64,000 bases of DNA from NCBI RefSeq assembly GCF_964355755.1, contig NC_092672.1:38632437-38696436 (forward strand). Reading direction: 5' to 3'. The DNA is from Antedon mediterranea. Its lineage: Eukaryota > Animalia > Echinodermata. Within the stretch, counting starts at the first letter, position 1. The number at the start of each line of letters is the position of its first letter. The notes beneath the pieces were generated by a model. It ran no database searches. It was not told the DNA's origin and was given only the letters and a program-made list of their open reading frames with translations. Both the position numbers and the translations under genes were made by a program. Positions 24,360-36,700 of the stretch are shown here, in pieces.

Positions 24360-24570
24360 ACCTTATAAACGTGACACAACAATAAATAACACGTGTTTCA
24401 TCTTGCAAAAATAAACATTGTGCAATCGTTTCCCCTATGTATAATGGACGAGTCTAAAATGATAATTTCTGATTGGTCGCAACGAAACTATCCCATAATT
24501 CATAACTAAACAGGAACTGTTTTTTGAAACCGCCAGCAGCCTAGCTCTCTTCTGTTATTGTGTAGGTAGG
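24360..24570. promoter_or_regulatory. Bidirectional promoter region for DHX37 and the PRR14-like gene
   Basis: Candidate non-coding first-exon donors face outward (minus AAG|GTAATA near 24361; plus TAG|GTAGGC near 24566); CCAAT box (CTGATTGG, about 24469) and an ACTATCCCATAAT motif lie between them. Confidence 0.55.
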
Positions 24571-25148
24571 CCTAGGCCTAGCATTAACTACTAGAAAGAA
24601 CCTGTTTTAACTTTTACATCTTTTAAATTATTAAAGGTTATCATATTGTTTAATGATTGACAAATATCTAGTTAAGTTAGTATGAGAAGTGGCCTAACTA
24701 GGTGAAATAATAGCTAGCGTACTCGACTCCTTTTGTTGGTTGGACGGTCGGTGGTCGCCCCCTCGCTCGCCCTGGTTGGCTGCTGTGTCTCAGCAGAATA
24801 CAGACTAGGCCTAGGCTAGTGTTTCTGTATGTTGTGTGAGTGTATACTACTACCTGTCCGTGTTGGAAGTGTGTGTTACTACTACTAACTAGTACTACCT
24901 GGCCTTAAAGTTGTATTATACGTACCATTTGGAGGTGACTGAATTTGTAAAATTGTACTGTGTATTTGAAGAGTGATACAGTAAATTATATTCCTCTCTA
25001 TAGGCCATTTTTTTAAAAAAAGCATTAATTTTAGTTAGGTGTAGACTATCCAATTACTAGGCCTTTAATGACATAGTAATTGTAGACAAACACAGCAATG
25101 ACATTAAATAAAGTGTGTATTTCTTTTTCAGGTTTGTGAAGAATAAAC

Positions 25149-28100
25149 ATGATGAGTGAAATATTAAAAACTGAGGATGATTGTCAAGAAGATGATGCTA
25201 AAGAGAACAATTTCAGTAACGCTGTTTTTACTCCTTTCAAGCAAAAGTCTGCTAGAAGAAACTTGGGTGTTTTCGCAACCCCTACGGCTTACTATCAAGG
25301 ACTGCTCACAGACTTTGGATCTGTATACAAACAGAAAGGACGCTCAGTATTTAGCAAATCTGTTAATGTAAGGAATGTCAACAAAAGCACAGAAGGACAT
25401 CTGTCTGGGGATGTAATATGTTCTGAAGCTTTGGTTAATGAGAGTAAAGAAACTATACATACAACTAATGATAGTAACAGCTTTAACCAATCAATATCTG
25501 ATTTATCAAAGCAAACTGACTTGGAAACACAAGACAATTTAATCAACGTAATTGCCTTAGGAAAGACTAAAGAAATCGTTGACAACGATATTTATGATGT
25601 TAAAGATAATATTGAAGGTAATCATTCATTTGAGAAGAAAGAGGATAGTTCAGTTCAATCTGTTGATAAATTTTCTGAAGTTTTTGTTGAAAACAAAAAA
25701 ACTGGACAAATATTCAATTTATCAAAGCAAACTGAGTTCTATGAAATGCAAGATAAATTCAACGTCAACGATATAGTTGCATTAGAAAATACTAAAGAAA
25801 TTGTCAAAGATAGCAATGATGTTGAAGATTCTTTTGGAAAGAAAGATGAAAGTTCAGTTCAATCTTTTGAATTTTCTGAAGTTTTTGTTGAAAGCAAGGA
25901 AACTGCTCAGAATGAATCAATCTCCAATTTCTCAAAGCAAACTGAGTCTTATGAAATACAAGATAAATTTAACGATGTAGTTGCATTAGAAAATACTAAA
26001 GAAATTGTCAAAGATAGCAATGATGTTGAAGATTCTTTTAGAGAGAAAAATGAAAGTTCAGTTCAATCTGTTGATGAAGTTTTTTTTAATGAAAATGAAG
26101 AAACTGGACAGAAAGCAGACTTTCCTGATACTAATGACAACTTGAGTCAATCTATCTCTAATTTATCAAATCAAGCTGAAAAACAAGATGTTACGACCTT
26201 AGAAAAGTCTACAGAAATCGTCAATGATGGAAATAATTGTAAAGATAATGAGACAAAAGATGAAAGTTCACAAAATACTGTAGATAGTGGTTTATTTAGC
26301 CTTTCTAGTAGTTCAGATATAAATGAAAACGTAGAATGCAACACCAATGATATTCTGCCTCTCGTGAAACAGACCACACCGTATGTCCAAGATGATATTT
26401 GTTCATTGTCGAGAGATCTGTCGGATTCAAAGACTGAGGATAATAGTCAAGTTCTTTCAAAAGATCTTTCCTTGAATTTACCTGAATGTAAGAATATAAA
26501 ACATGATCTTGAATCAGAATGTGACAATTTTACCTGTATCCTTCAGAAAGAGAAGTTGGATAAATTTCCAGCGTCAAGTGTTGTAATGTGCACCGAGTTT
26601 ATTGATTCTACTCCACACATAAGCCAGGAAGTAAAGCTGGACAATGAACTTAACACAAATCCTGACAAATTGCCTGGGCCTGAATCTAACAATGATTTGC
26701 CAGAAAGTCTAACAACATCTAATTGTGATATCCTATCAACTCAGGAACTGAAAATGACAGATGACATAGACCATGAAATATTACAATTATTTCAGGATAC
26801 TGACTTGTTTAATGAAAAGCCAGAAAAAAAGAAAAGAAAAGACGCTTCAAAAAGAGCAAGAAGGAAATCGGTGCGACTTCAATTAAGAGCAATAAATTTA
26901 CAATCCCAAGACAACTGCATGTTGGACAAACTTGAACAAATACATGAACTAGATCCAGTTACTGAAGGAAACTCTTTAAGCAAGAACAATGATACTTGCA
27001 AAAGACAAACTAGTTCTGATTTTCCATCTGTTGAAAAAGAAAGTCTTCCTCAACCTCCACTAAATACCAATGAGGAACTAATACATTTAGTTGATGACAT
27101 AAATGATGATAAACTCAATCCCCCTAAGAAAAAAGTTGGTAGACCTAAAGGGAGTAGAAACAAAAAAAGAAGAAACGTAACAATTAAGAAAAAAGTAAAT
27201 ACAATTCAGAATTCTAGTGTGGAATTTAACTTTGATTCCAAAGTCTTAATGGATCCTTTTTCTCAAGGAACTTGTTTACCTTCTGACAATCCAGTAGAAA
27301 GTCAGACATCAGTAGATGATGATGACAACTTTGATGGATTAGATGACTTTGACATTTTTAAAGAAATCGTAGAACCGGGCCCAAAAGAAAAACGAACCAA
27401 GAGAAGAGAGCAAGAGGATGGACGAAAGAGAGAAAGAAGAAGATCGGCACGAATAGCTGGAATTCCAGCTATTGATACTTTGCTCTCCTTGAATAAAAGT
27501 GACAAAGATGCAAATTCTGATTCAAGTATGCGAAAAATAAGAAAAATTAAAAGAACAAGTTTTGGAAAGCCTTTAATAATGTTAAATATGTTTGGATCGA
27601 TGCAAGACGATGATTCCTTTGAATCAATGGAACAAGAAACAGAGAATTATGAACAGATAGAGTTTGCTACACCTGAGCCTCCTACTCCTCAAGAAATAAT
27701 CACAAATTCAATATCCTGTGAGCCTCTTTCTCCAGAATCATTGCATAGTGTTGAAGTAAAAAAAGATTTGCTTGATATTTGCGAAGAATCATGTCCTTCT
27801 GAAACACCAATTTCTGAGGATGTTTTTATTTGTGAGATTGAATCAACAAACCTGCAAACAGATTTATTATGTAATGAACTTGTGAACAACACTGAACCAA
27901 ATGTATCGCTGGCAGAACCTGTTACTGCCTGTGATGTTGCTACTACTAATGATTTACTGATGCCAGATGACACAAGTCAAGTCCAACCAATAAAGCGTCA
28001 GTCTTCCCGGCGTAAACAAGTGATTCACCCTGTTCTTAAACCAAAGAAGAAGAAAGAAAGTGTGGAAATCCCGATGACTAGTTTAGACATAGAACAGATG

Positions 28101-28373
28101 TATATAAACAGGGGATACTGTTGTAAATTAACTAAACCTTGTCTTCTTGAAACAATCTTTGAAGCAGAGAAAAATGAAGACCTAGTTATCAAGTTTGGAA
28201 AAAGAAAAATAAACCGTAAAATGACTTTCCAGTCTCCCTGGTTACCAAGAAAGCGAAATACCAAAAAGAAAGGCAAACGACTAATTGGTAAAACTAGAAA
28301 CTTTAAGATATCCGATGAGATACTTGTTGAACGACTCAACAACATTCTGTCTGATCTCAACTCATTTGATTAG
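25149..28373 (+). CDS. PRR14/PRR14L/Tantalus-like nuclear protein, single coding exon, 1074 aa
   Basis: Long acidic low-complexity ORF after the TTTCAG acceptor at 25131; C-terminal Tantalus-like motif IEQMYINRGY...LLETIFE...FGKRKINRKMTF; AT-hook VGRPKGS; basic NLS-like stretches. Confidence 0.75.
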   Translation: MMSEILKTEDDCQEDDAKENNFSNAVFTPFKQKSARRNLGVFATPTAYYQGLLTDFGSVYKQKGRSVFSKSVNVRNVNKSTEGHLSGDVICSEALVNESKETIHTTNDSNSFNQSISDLSKQTDLETQDNLINVIALGKTKEIVDNDIYDVKDNIEGNHSFEKKEDSSVQSVDKFSEVFVENKKTGQIFNLSKQTEFYEMQDKFNVNDIVALENTKEIVKDSNDVEDSFGKKDESSVQSFEFSEVFVESKETAQNESISNFSKQTESYEIQDKFNDVVALENTKEIVKDSNDVEDSFREKNESSVQSVDEVFFNENEETGQKADFPDTNDNLSQSISNLSNQAEKQDVTTLEKSTEIVNDGNNCKDNETKDESSQNTVDSGLFSLSSSSDINENVECNTNDILPLVKQTTPYVQDDICSLSRDLSDSKTEDNSQVLSKDLSLNLPECKNIKHDLESECDNFTCILQKEKLDKFPASSVVMCTEFIDSTPHISQEVKLDNELNTNPDKLPGPESNNDLPESLTTSNCDILSTQELKMTDDIDHEILQLFQDTDLFNEKPEKKKRKDASKRARRKSVRLQLRAINLQSQDNCMLDKLEQIHELDPVTEGNSLSKNNDTCKRQTSSDFPSVEKESLPQPPLNTNEELIHLVDDINDDKLNPPKKKVGRPKGSRNKKRRNVTIKKKVNTIQNSSVEFNFDSKVLMDPFSQGTCLPSDNPVESQTSVDDDDNFDGLDDFDIFKEIVEPGPKEKRTKRREQEDGRKRERRRSARIAGIPAIDTLLSLNKSDKDANSDSSMRKIRKIKRTSFGKPLIMLNMFGSMQDDDSFESMEQETENYEQIEFATPEPPTPQEIITNSISCEPLSPESLHSVEVKKDLLDICEESCPSETPISEDVFICEIESTNLQTDLLCNELVNNTEPNVSLAEPVTACDVATTNDLLMPDDTSQVQPIKRQSSRRKQVIHPVLKPKKKKESVEIPMTSLDIEQMYINRGYCCKLTKPCLLETIFEAEKNEDLVIKFGKRKINRKMTFQSPWLPRKRNTKKKGKRLIGKTRNFKISDEILVERLNNILSDLNSFD

Positions 28374-29685
28374 TAATGTCAATTGCAATCTGCTGTTTAC
28401 AGTGTTGTTTTTAAAATATTTGTTTGATTTTTTTCTATTCTCTATCATTAAAGTTCTGTCTACACTACCAATGTGACAAAAAAAATGTTATGTGCCCATA
28501 TATGGACATAATGATGTCATATCACTTCCATATTTGGGTATATCACTACCATATTTGGGCACATCATACTTTTTTTGTCATAACTAAGTTGATAGTGTAG
28601 ACAATTAACAAAAAAAGTAGTACAACTCCAAAAGATAATCAAAATGTTATCATTTGAAACAGAATTTTTTTAAACACATTAAAGGTATCAGAAAATGTGT
28701 AAAGCTCTGTTTACACTATGGTAGTACCTGTATATATGGTAGTGATATGCCCAAATATGGTAGTGATATCATCATTTTTTTTTTACACATTAAGTCTGAT
28801 AGTGTAGACAGAGCTAAGTTAAACCACTAAATTTTCTATGACCTTGGTATATGAGGGTATGATGTAGGTGGTGCTAGTAAATAAAATACAGCGTGTATTC
28901 ACAAAAGATTCTATTCTATATTCTCCAAAATATTCCTTTCAATTTACAATGTATGTCCTGTTTTTCCTGGTTTTTTCTCTATTAATGTTGATTTTATAAA
29001 TATTTAAAGTTTTAATTAATAATTAGAAATGTTTTTGTATTTTGTTTTTTAATGAAAATGTATGTTAATTACTTAATAGTACTGTAAATATATTTGGTAT
29101 GCAGATTATTATTTTATCCAAAATTGGTTTATTATACAGCCCTCGGCCTCGAATAAATGTGTTTAGTACTAAAGTAGGACTACTTTGTTTTGTGATTATT
29201 TTTGGTGATATGCTCAGCTTTGGGTATGGCTTGTGTATGAAGACATCATGTTATGACTGGCAAACTAATAATACACTTGAAAATGTAATCAATGTAAAAT
29301 TGGTTAGTGAGTTGATCAAATCGAAAAAAAATACTGTTGAAAATACAGTACTTACGCGTACTTACTTCTCTGCAGTATTTTTGATAGAGCGCCCTCATTT
29401 TACCTGCTCGTTGTTTTGATGTTTGGTGGGCCACAAGCCGTTGTTTTTTGTGTGCGGAATTTAGGTAAGAATAAAATTACTTTCATGATGATAATACATT
29501 ATTTTTTATTAAACATGCGTGTTTTTATAGCCGCCACATTTAAGACCACGTTGAATTATACAGTAAGCCTCTATAACGATACTTACTAGCCTAGATCATC
29601 AGTGTAGTAGATAGGCATAAATAGGCCTAGGCTAGGCCCTCTAGCTAGGCCTAGTATAACTTAAGTAGGAGGCGCGGCGCGAGGA

Positions 29686-30388
29686 GGGTGTCTGATCATT
29701 TCGGCCGCCGGTTATATGGAATTGCCAAATTCATGAAACGCCAAAAAAGACAAAATATGTATTGTTTATTTCGGCCGCCAGAATTGTAATTATTCTTGAA
29801 TATGTATGACACGCCATGTGTGTTAAAATGCTATTTTTATTTACTAAACACTGTATTATTAAGCCGAATCGGCGGTCTTCAATTCTAGAAACAGCAGCAA
29901 TATTTATGTCTTAATTTATGGCGTGCACTTTGCCATCACTACAGTGAATATTAATGATATTTTTTTAATAAGAAGAAGGAGGTTTTTTTTATATTCATAA
30001 ATAAACACATTTTTACAAAGCACGCACATCTTCAGGACCTGTAAAATAAAAATAAACATTTAATCAATATTCATTTTGATCAAAATATTCAGATGGTAAA
30101 ATACCGTAATAAAACTTTAAATCTACGGCAAAAAAAATGTATTTAGCCCATTGCACAACTGATCTCTGGTTTAAATGACCATAGTTCTCTGTGGCGTTCC
30201 ATAGACTTGGTAAAGTTATTTTTTTTCACTGTAGTACTGTAAAGTTATTTCTGGCTATTTCAATTTGGTGCGCCATACCTGGCGGCCGAAATGATCATGC
30301 TATATTTTGTCCTTTTTGGAGTTTCATGAATTTGATCGTTCCATAACCGGCGGCCGAAATGATTGGCGGCCGAAATGCGCTGTGACCC
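29686..30388. mobile_element. Non-autonomous DNA transposon in TBCCD1 intron 1 (superfamily uncertain)
   Basis: Inverted ends GGGTGTCTGATCATTTCGGCCGCC / GGCGGCCGAAATGCGCTGTGACCC with about 90 bp of mirrored subterminal sequence; TSD unclear. Confidence 0.6.
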
Positions 30389-30700
30389 CAAGGAGGAGGG
30401 AGAATCACCATCATCCACAAATAAATAATTTGGGATAAGGCTTCGGTCGCACAATTTAGTAAGCGCGACCGAAGGAGAAGAAAAGATGTCTTTCATCAAA
30501 GTTTAGAGGTCTACTATTCCATTTTATACAAATATAGGCCATTTAATTTTATTATTGATTTTGATGATAAATGCAAACTATTGTTATAATTCATTCACAT
30601 TGTTAACTTAATATTATTAAATCATTATTTTTATAGAATTCTGTCTGATTCTTTTGATTTGTCATGATCGAAGGACCTAGTATCATCAAAACTAAAGACA

Positions 30701-33700
30701 ATGACCTCAAATGTGACGTTGTGGGTAAAATCAGACCCATTCACTTTTGGAACACTTCAAGTATCACCACATCCAAAACTTTCTCTACATGTAAGTAAGA
30801 GAAGAGGTATTCATGTGACTTATTTAATGTAGGCAACATTAAAAATAAAACAAAACATGAAAAAAATAAAACTTCAAATAGGCCATTTCAAAGTTTATAA
30901 TAAAGTTAATCACTCCTGTAAAAAAAAAATTATATTTTCAATTAAGACAAATTAAAATCCTTAAACATAAAATAGAATACTATAATTTACTCAAAATAAA
31001 AAAAAAATCTTTATTTTTTTGTAGTATCTAAAGAAAATAGCAAGCTATGTGAAGACTAAGGGGGATGCAGGATACCCTAGGATAAGTTTTCCAGTATGGA
31101 AGCACATAGCATGTAATAAGCTGACAATGGCTGAAGATCTAGCCTGGATGTAAGTATTGCTACTGAAGCACATAGCATGTAATAAGCTGACAATGGCTGA
31201 AGATCTAGCCTGGATGTAAGTATTGCTACTGAAGCACATAGCATGTAATAAGCTGACAATGGCTGAAGATCTAGCCTGGATGTAAGTATTGCTACTGAAG
31301 CACATAGCATGTAATAAGCTGACAATGGCTGAAGATCTAGCCTGGATGTAAGTATTGCTACTGAAGCACATAGCATGTAATAAGCTGACAATGGCTGAAG
31401 ATCTAGCCTGGATGTAAGTATTGCTACTGAAGCACATAGCATGTAATAAGCTGACAATGGCTGAAGATCTAGCCTGGATGTAAGTATTGCTACTGAAGCA
31501 CATAGCATGTAATAAGCTGAAAATGACTGAAGATCTAGCCTGGATGTAAGTATTGCCGATAAGTACAAAAAACCAAGACTTTACAAATCATTAAAATGCA
31601 GGAAACACAAAGAGTTATTGACGTCTCCCAGACCAGTCTCCCTATTATTATATATTTAGTATATATGGGGTTATAAAGGCATTGGCCTAAACTTTTCACT
31701 TACATCAAGTATCAAGTGAGTAGGTAGCCTTCCGCTACTTTTTCTGTCTAAGCTAAAAGCTTGGCTTTGTAGAAAAGTCGGTATTCAGTCCATAACTTTG
31801 TGTTTTTTAAGGTATTTTGAAGGCTATGATTTATTGAGTCACTATGAACCTGAAGAAAGGCTTCAGCAAGCAGAAGCCTACACAAATTGTAAAACTACCA
31901 AAGAACAAGGTAACATTTTGTTCATTAAATTAAATTGTGCATTGTAGTAGTGCAACCTACCTTTTTTTGCTGATTTTAATTACACATACAGACTACAGTA
32001 TGTTGTGACTAGTGCCTTGTAAGCACATTTGAGTTTTGAGTTTTTTTATTATGCAATCAAAGGCAATTAAAATACTGTAAATAAATATAAAACTTAAATA
32101 GAAAAACATTTGCGCAAATTTAGTGGATTTGTGTGCAATATAAATTTGCTTATTTACATATTTTTGGCACAATCCATTCTTTTGTGAATTTCATGTTTAT
32201 TATTAATGTTATTACTGTATTTGACACTAGATTCACTGCGAAACAAAACATCAGTAGATACGTTGCAATTCCTGCTCTACCTGTTCATCCAACAAGTTCA
32301 CAAGATATCTTTAAGATCCTCATTGATGACTGGTGAGGAGTATCCTTCTCAATAATGTCATAGGTATTTTATAATGCAGTCTAGGTCCCACATTGGAAGC
32401 ATGAGCATCTATATGGCATGATGCATTGTGGAAATTGCATCACCAACACGTTTTTAACCTTTAACTAAAACTAGAGAGCCTATTTGTAAACTGTACTGTA
32501 TACCCAAAACAATCAGAAATTTCAACTTTAACGAAAGATCGGAGGTCACACAAAATATTACTCTCATGATTATTGGAAGACTTGTGAGGTCTTGTAATTC
32601 ACTATCTATCTATCTATATTTCCATAACAATTTATTTTAGGTGGCCAACACGAGCAAGATCACCTGATTTGTCTGGTAAAACATCGTCTACATCAAAGGT
32701 ATTCACTTTCAATCAATTCTTATAAACACCAACATTGTTAAGGCTTCTTTTATAAAATGAAATAAAAGATCTTACAGACATTTCACTATAATAAATTAAC
32801 TATATTGTAATTTAACAGGTTTGATCAAAGCTTATTCATTGTAAAAAGTGTCGACATTGTACTTGAATAATGTGTTTCCCATTTTCTTTGTTTGTTTGTT
32901 TCCTTCATCTTCCTGGGTAGATAAGCACACAGGTAAAGTGAACTCCCTTTGTTGTTTAATCATTTCCATGCAGTTTACATTAAGCATGCTTATTCAAAGA
33001 ATTCCTATCAATGAATAACACACTTTTTTGATTCAGATTTGTTTATCCATACTTAAAAACTATTCCATCCTCTTGATGTCTCTTGCATGATTATTTATTA
33101 CTAAATTAATTCTAACTCAATTTTTGTCTTTCTGGTGGTAAGAAAAATGTTTTTGATTTAATTTATTTCTTGTTGATTTGTATGTTTCAACACACATATA
33201 GAGTAATACTGTAGTACATAAGCATACAGGATATTTATCTTTGCTTGTGGTATTTGTTATACCAGTTTCAAACTAACTGGACTGAGCATGAACATCTATT
33301 TGTGTTCAAATCATGAGTTCAAATCCTGTCTTGACACCAGAATATCTCAGCCTAACTAACAAGCCCAATCCAAAATACTTAGACATAGCATCTTATGATC
33401 TTAAGAGACTTCTCCTGTTAGGACATTTTTTATCTACAATTCTTTGCCAAGTACAGTACATACTGTATTATTTTTTTTTTCTTTCTTTCATTCTTTTATT
33501 CAATTTTTCACACTTCAAAAATAATACAAGTTATGTGAAACAATGATAACAGGTATCATAGTAATAAACAATAAGGTAATCAAACTAATTAAAAAAAATA
33601 TATAGAGATACTTGTACTTTAAAAAAACAAAACAAAGAAGTGTGAACGGAGGTCAAATAAGTATGATACTTTAAGCTTGACCCCCTAACAAGACTGCAGG

Positions 33701-36700
33701 TTACGGTACATGACAAAAAACATTTTTAAAGAAATACATTTTTACTTCTGTTTCAATTTATTTTGCAGCATTATACACATTTAATAACATGATTTATATT
33801 ATTTTTTATCTTTCTTTCTTAACAAAGTGATATTAAATTTGTATTGAATTATCACAATATAATTTATTTTGTTAATTACATTTTGAGTTAAATATGAAAC
33901 CTTTTTAATAATACAACATTATTAATATTTCCTATCAAGTAGCTGAGTGTCATCATTCAAAGCTTCTATGAAACAATAGAATTGTAGTTCTGTCAATAAA
34001 AATAATGTATTCTGCATTTTGATAGATAGACTACCAAAGGAATATTTGATATAATGAATGACTCCATCTTAAGCTCTGTCTACACCATCAAACTTTATGT
34101 GACAACAAAATGTGATGTGTCCATATATGTATATACACATTTTTTTTGTCATCTAGTTTAATAGTGCAGACAGAGCTTAAAGTTATGTACAAATCACTCA
34201 TCATATGAATGAATGAATCCATCTTAGGTTATGTGTACTTAGTTATGTACTTAAATCACGCATGTATACTCTTGTATTGTAGGGTCTTGATGAAAACACT
34301 TGCTTAACGTTCATACTTAACAATCTCAATGACCTCATGATTCTTCTAACAGATACAGGTATGTTTATTTGATAGTGAATTAAATACTCTAAACATGGAG
34401 TTGTAAAACTCCCTGCTCTAATAGGCAAATCCAAAAGGCCATGTAACCCCCCAGTCTTTAAACAGTGATTGGGTTCGCTTGTGACAATCCTGGCTTTTTG
34501 TTTCATTATATATTTTTATGTATTCTGTTGTAATTGTAATGAGCCGATATTGAATAAATCAAAAAATCAAATCAAACCCCCTAAGTACAATTACTAAGTA
34601 CAAAGTGCTAAAATCAGTATACTTTATCATTGCAGTAACTTATAGTGGTACAACCAATGACGTTTTATTAACAATAGAATCAATACAAGCACTGGGATTG
34701 CTTATATCTGGGTCCACTGATGGCTGCAAGTAAGTTAGTACTTAAAATATCAAAACACTTGTCTGGTTTGAGGCTGTAAGTAAATTTATCCATGTATGGA
34801 AATAGACTTTTAGGATGTTCCCTCATCCTCTTTAATGCAAAGCTTTAAGATCATCACAAATGTCTTGATGTTTAATTAGTATCTTGTCATCTAATGATGC
34901 AATGATACTGATATTAATTATAAGATCATCACAAATGTCTTGATGTTTAATTAGTATCTTGTCATCTAATGATGCAATGATACTGATATTAATTATAAGA
35001 TCATCACAAATGTCTTGATGTTTAATTAGTATCTTGTCATCTAATGATGCAATGATACTGATATTAATTATAAGATCATCACAAATGTCTTGATGTTTAA
35101 TTAGTATCTTGTCATCTAATGATGCAATGATACTGAAATTAATTGTAAGATCATTACAAATGTCTTGATGTTTTATTAGTATCTTGTCATCTAATGATGC
35201 AATGATACTGATATTAATTATAAGATCATCACAAATGTCTTGATGTTTAATTAGTATCTTGTCATCTCATGATGCAATGATACTGATATTAATTATAAGA
35301 TCATCACAAATGTCTTGATGTTTAATTAGTATCTTGTCATCTAATGCAATGATACTGATATTAATTATAAGATCATCACAAATGTCTTGATGTTTTATTA
35401 GTATCTTTTCATCTAATGATGCAATGATACTGATATTAATTATAAGATCATCACAAATGTCTTGATGTTTAATTAGTATCTTGTCATCTAATGATGCAAT
35501 GATACTGATATTAATTATAAGATCATCACAAATGTCTTGATGTTTAATTAGTATCTTGTCATCTAATGATGCAATGATACTGATATTAATTATAAGATCA
35601 TCACAAATGTCTTGATGTTTAATTAGTATCTTGTCATCTAATGATGCAATGATACTGATATTAATTATAAGATCATCACTAATGTCTTGATGTTTAATTA
35701 GTATCTTGTCATCTAATGATGCAATGATACTGATATTAATTATAAGATCATCACAAATGTCTTGATGTTTAATTAGTATCTTGTCATCTAATGATGCAAT
35801 GATACTGATATTAATTATAAGATCATCACAAATGTCTAATGTCTTGATGTTTAATTAGTATCTTGTCATCTAATGATGCAATGATACTGAAATTAATTAT
35901 AAGATCATCACAAATGTCTTGATGTTTAATTAGTATCTTGTCATCTAATGATACAATGATACTGATATTAATTATAAGATCATCACAAATGTCTTGATGT
36001 TTAATTAGTATCTTGTCATCTAATGATGCGATGATACTGATATTAATTATAAGATCATCACAAATGTGTTGATGTTTAATTAGTATCTTATCATCTAATG
36101 ATTCAATGATACTGGTATTAATTATAAGATCATCACAAATGTCTGGATGTTTAATTAGTATCTTGTCATCTCATGATGCAATGATACTGATATTAATTAT
36201 AAGATCATCACAAATGTGTTGATGTTTAATTAGTATCTTGTCATCTAATGATGCAATGATACTGATATTAATTATAAGATCATCACAAATGTCTTGATGT
36301 TTAATTAGTATCTTGTCATCTAATGATGCAATGATACTGATATTAATTATAAGATCATCACAAATGTCTTGATGTTTTATTAGTATCTTTTCATCTAATG
36401 ATGCAATGATACTGATATTAATTATAAGATCATCACAAATGTCTTGATGTTTAATTAGTATCTTGTCATCTAATGATGCAATGATACTGATATTAATTAT
36501 AAGATCATCACAAATGTCTTGATGTTTAATTAGTATCTTGTCATCTAATGATGCAATGATACTGATATTAATTATAAGATCATCACAAATGTCTTGATGT
36601 TTTATTAGTATCTTGTCATCTAATGATGCAATGATACTGATATTAATTATAAGATCATCACAAATGTCTTGATGTTTAATTAGTATCTTGTCATCTAATG

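Noticed and set aside
31045-31568. Repetitive minus-strand ORFs; CRISPR-like appearance
   Set aside because: Antisense reading of the 66-bp TBCCD1 repeat; no unique spacers, no cas genes, and a eukaryotic context.
33270-33320. NWTEHEHLFV as the missing TBCCD1 exon
   Set aside because: It hits a stop and lies in a SINE-like head; exon 34283-34358 fits both phase and homology.
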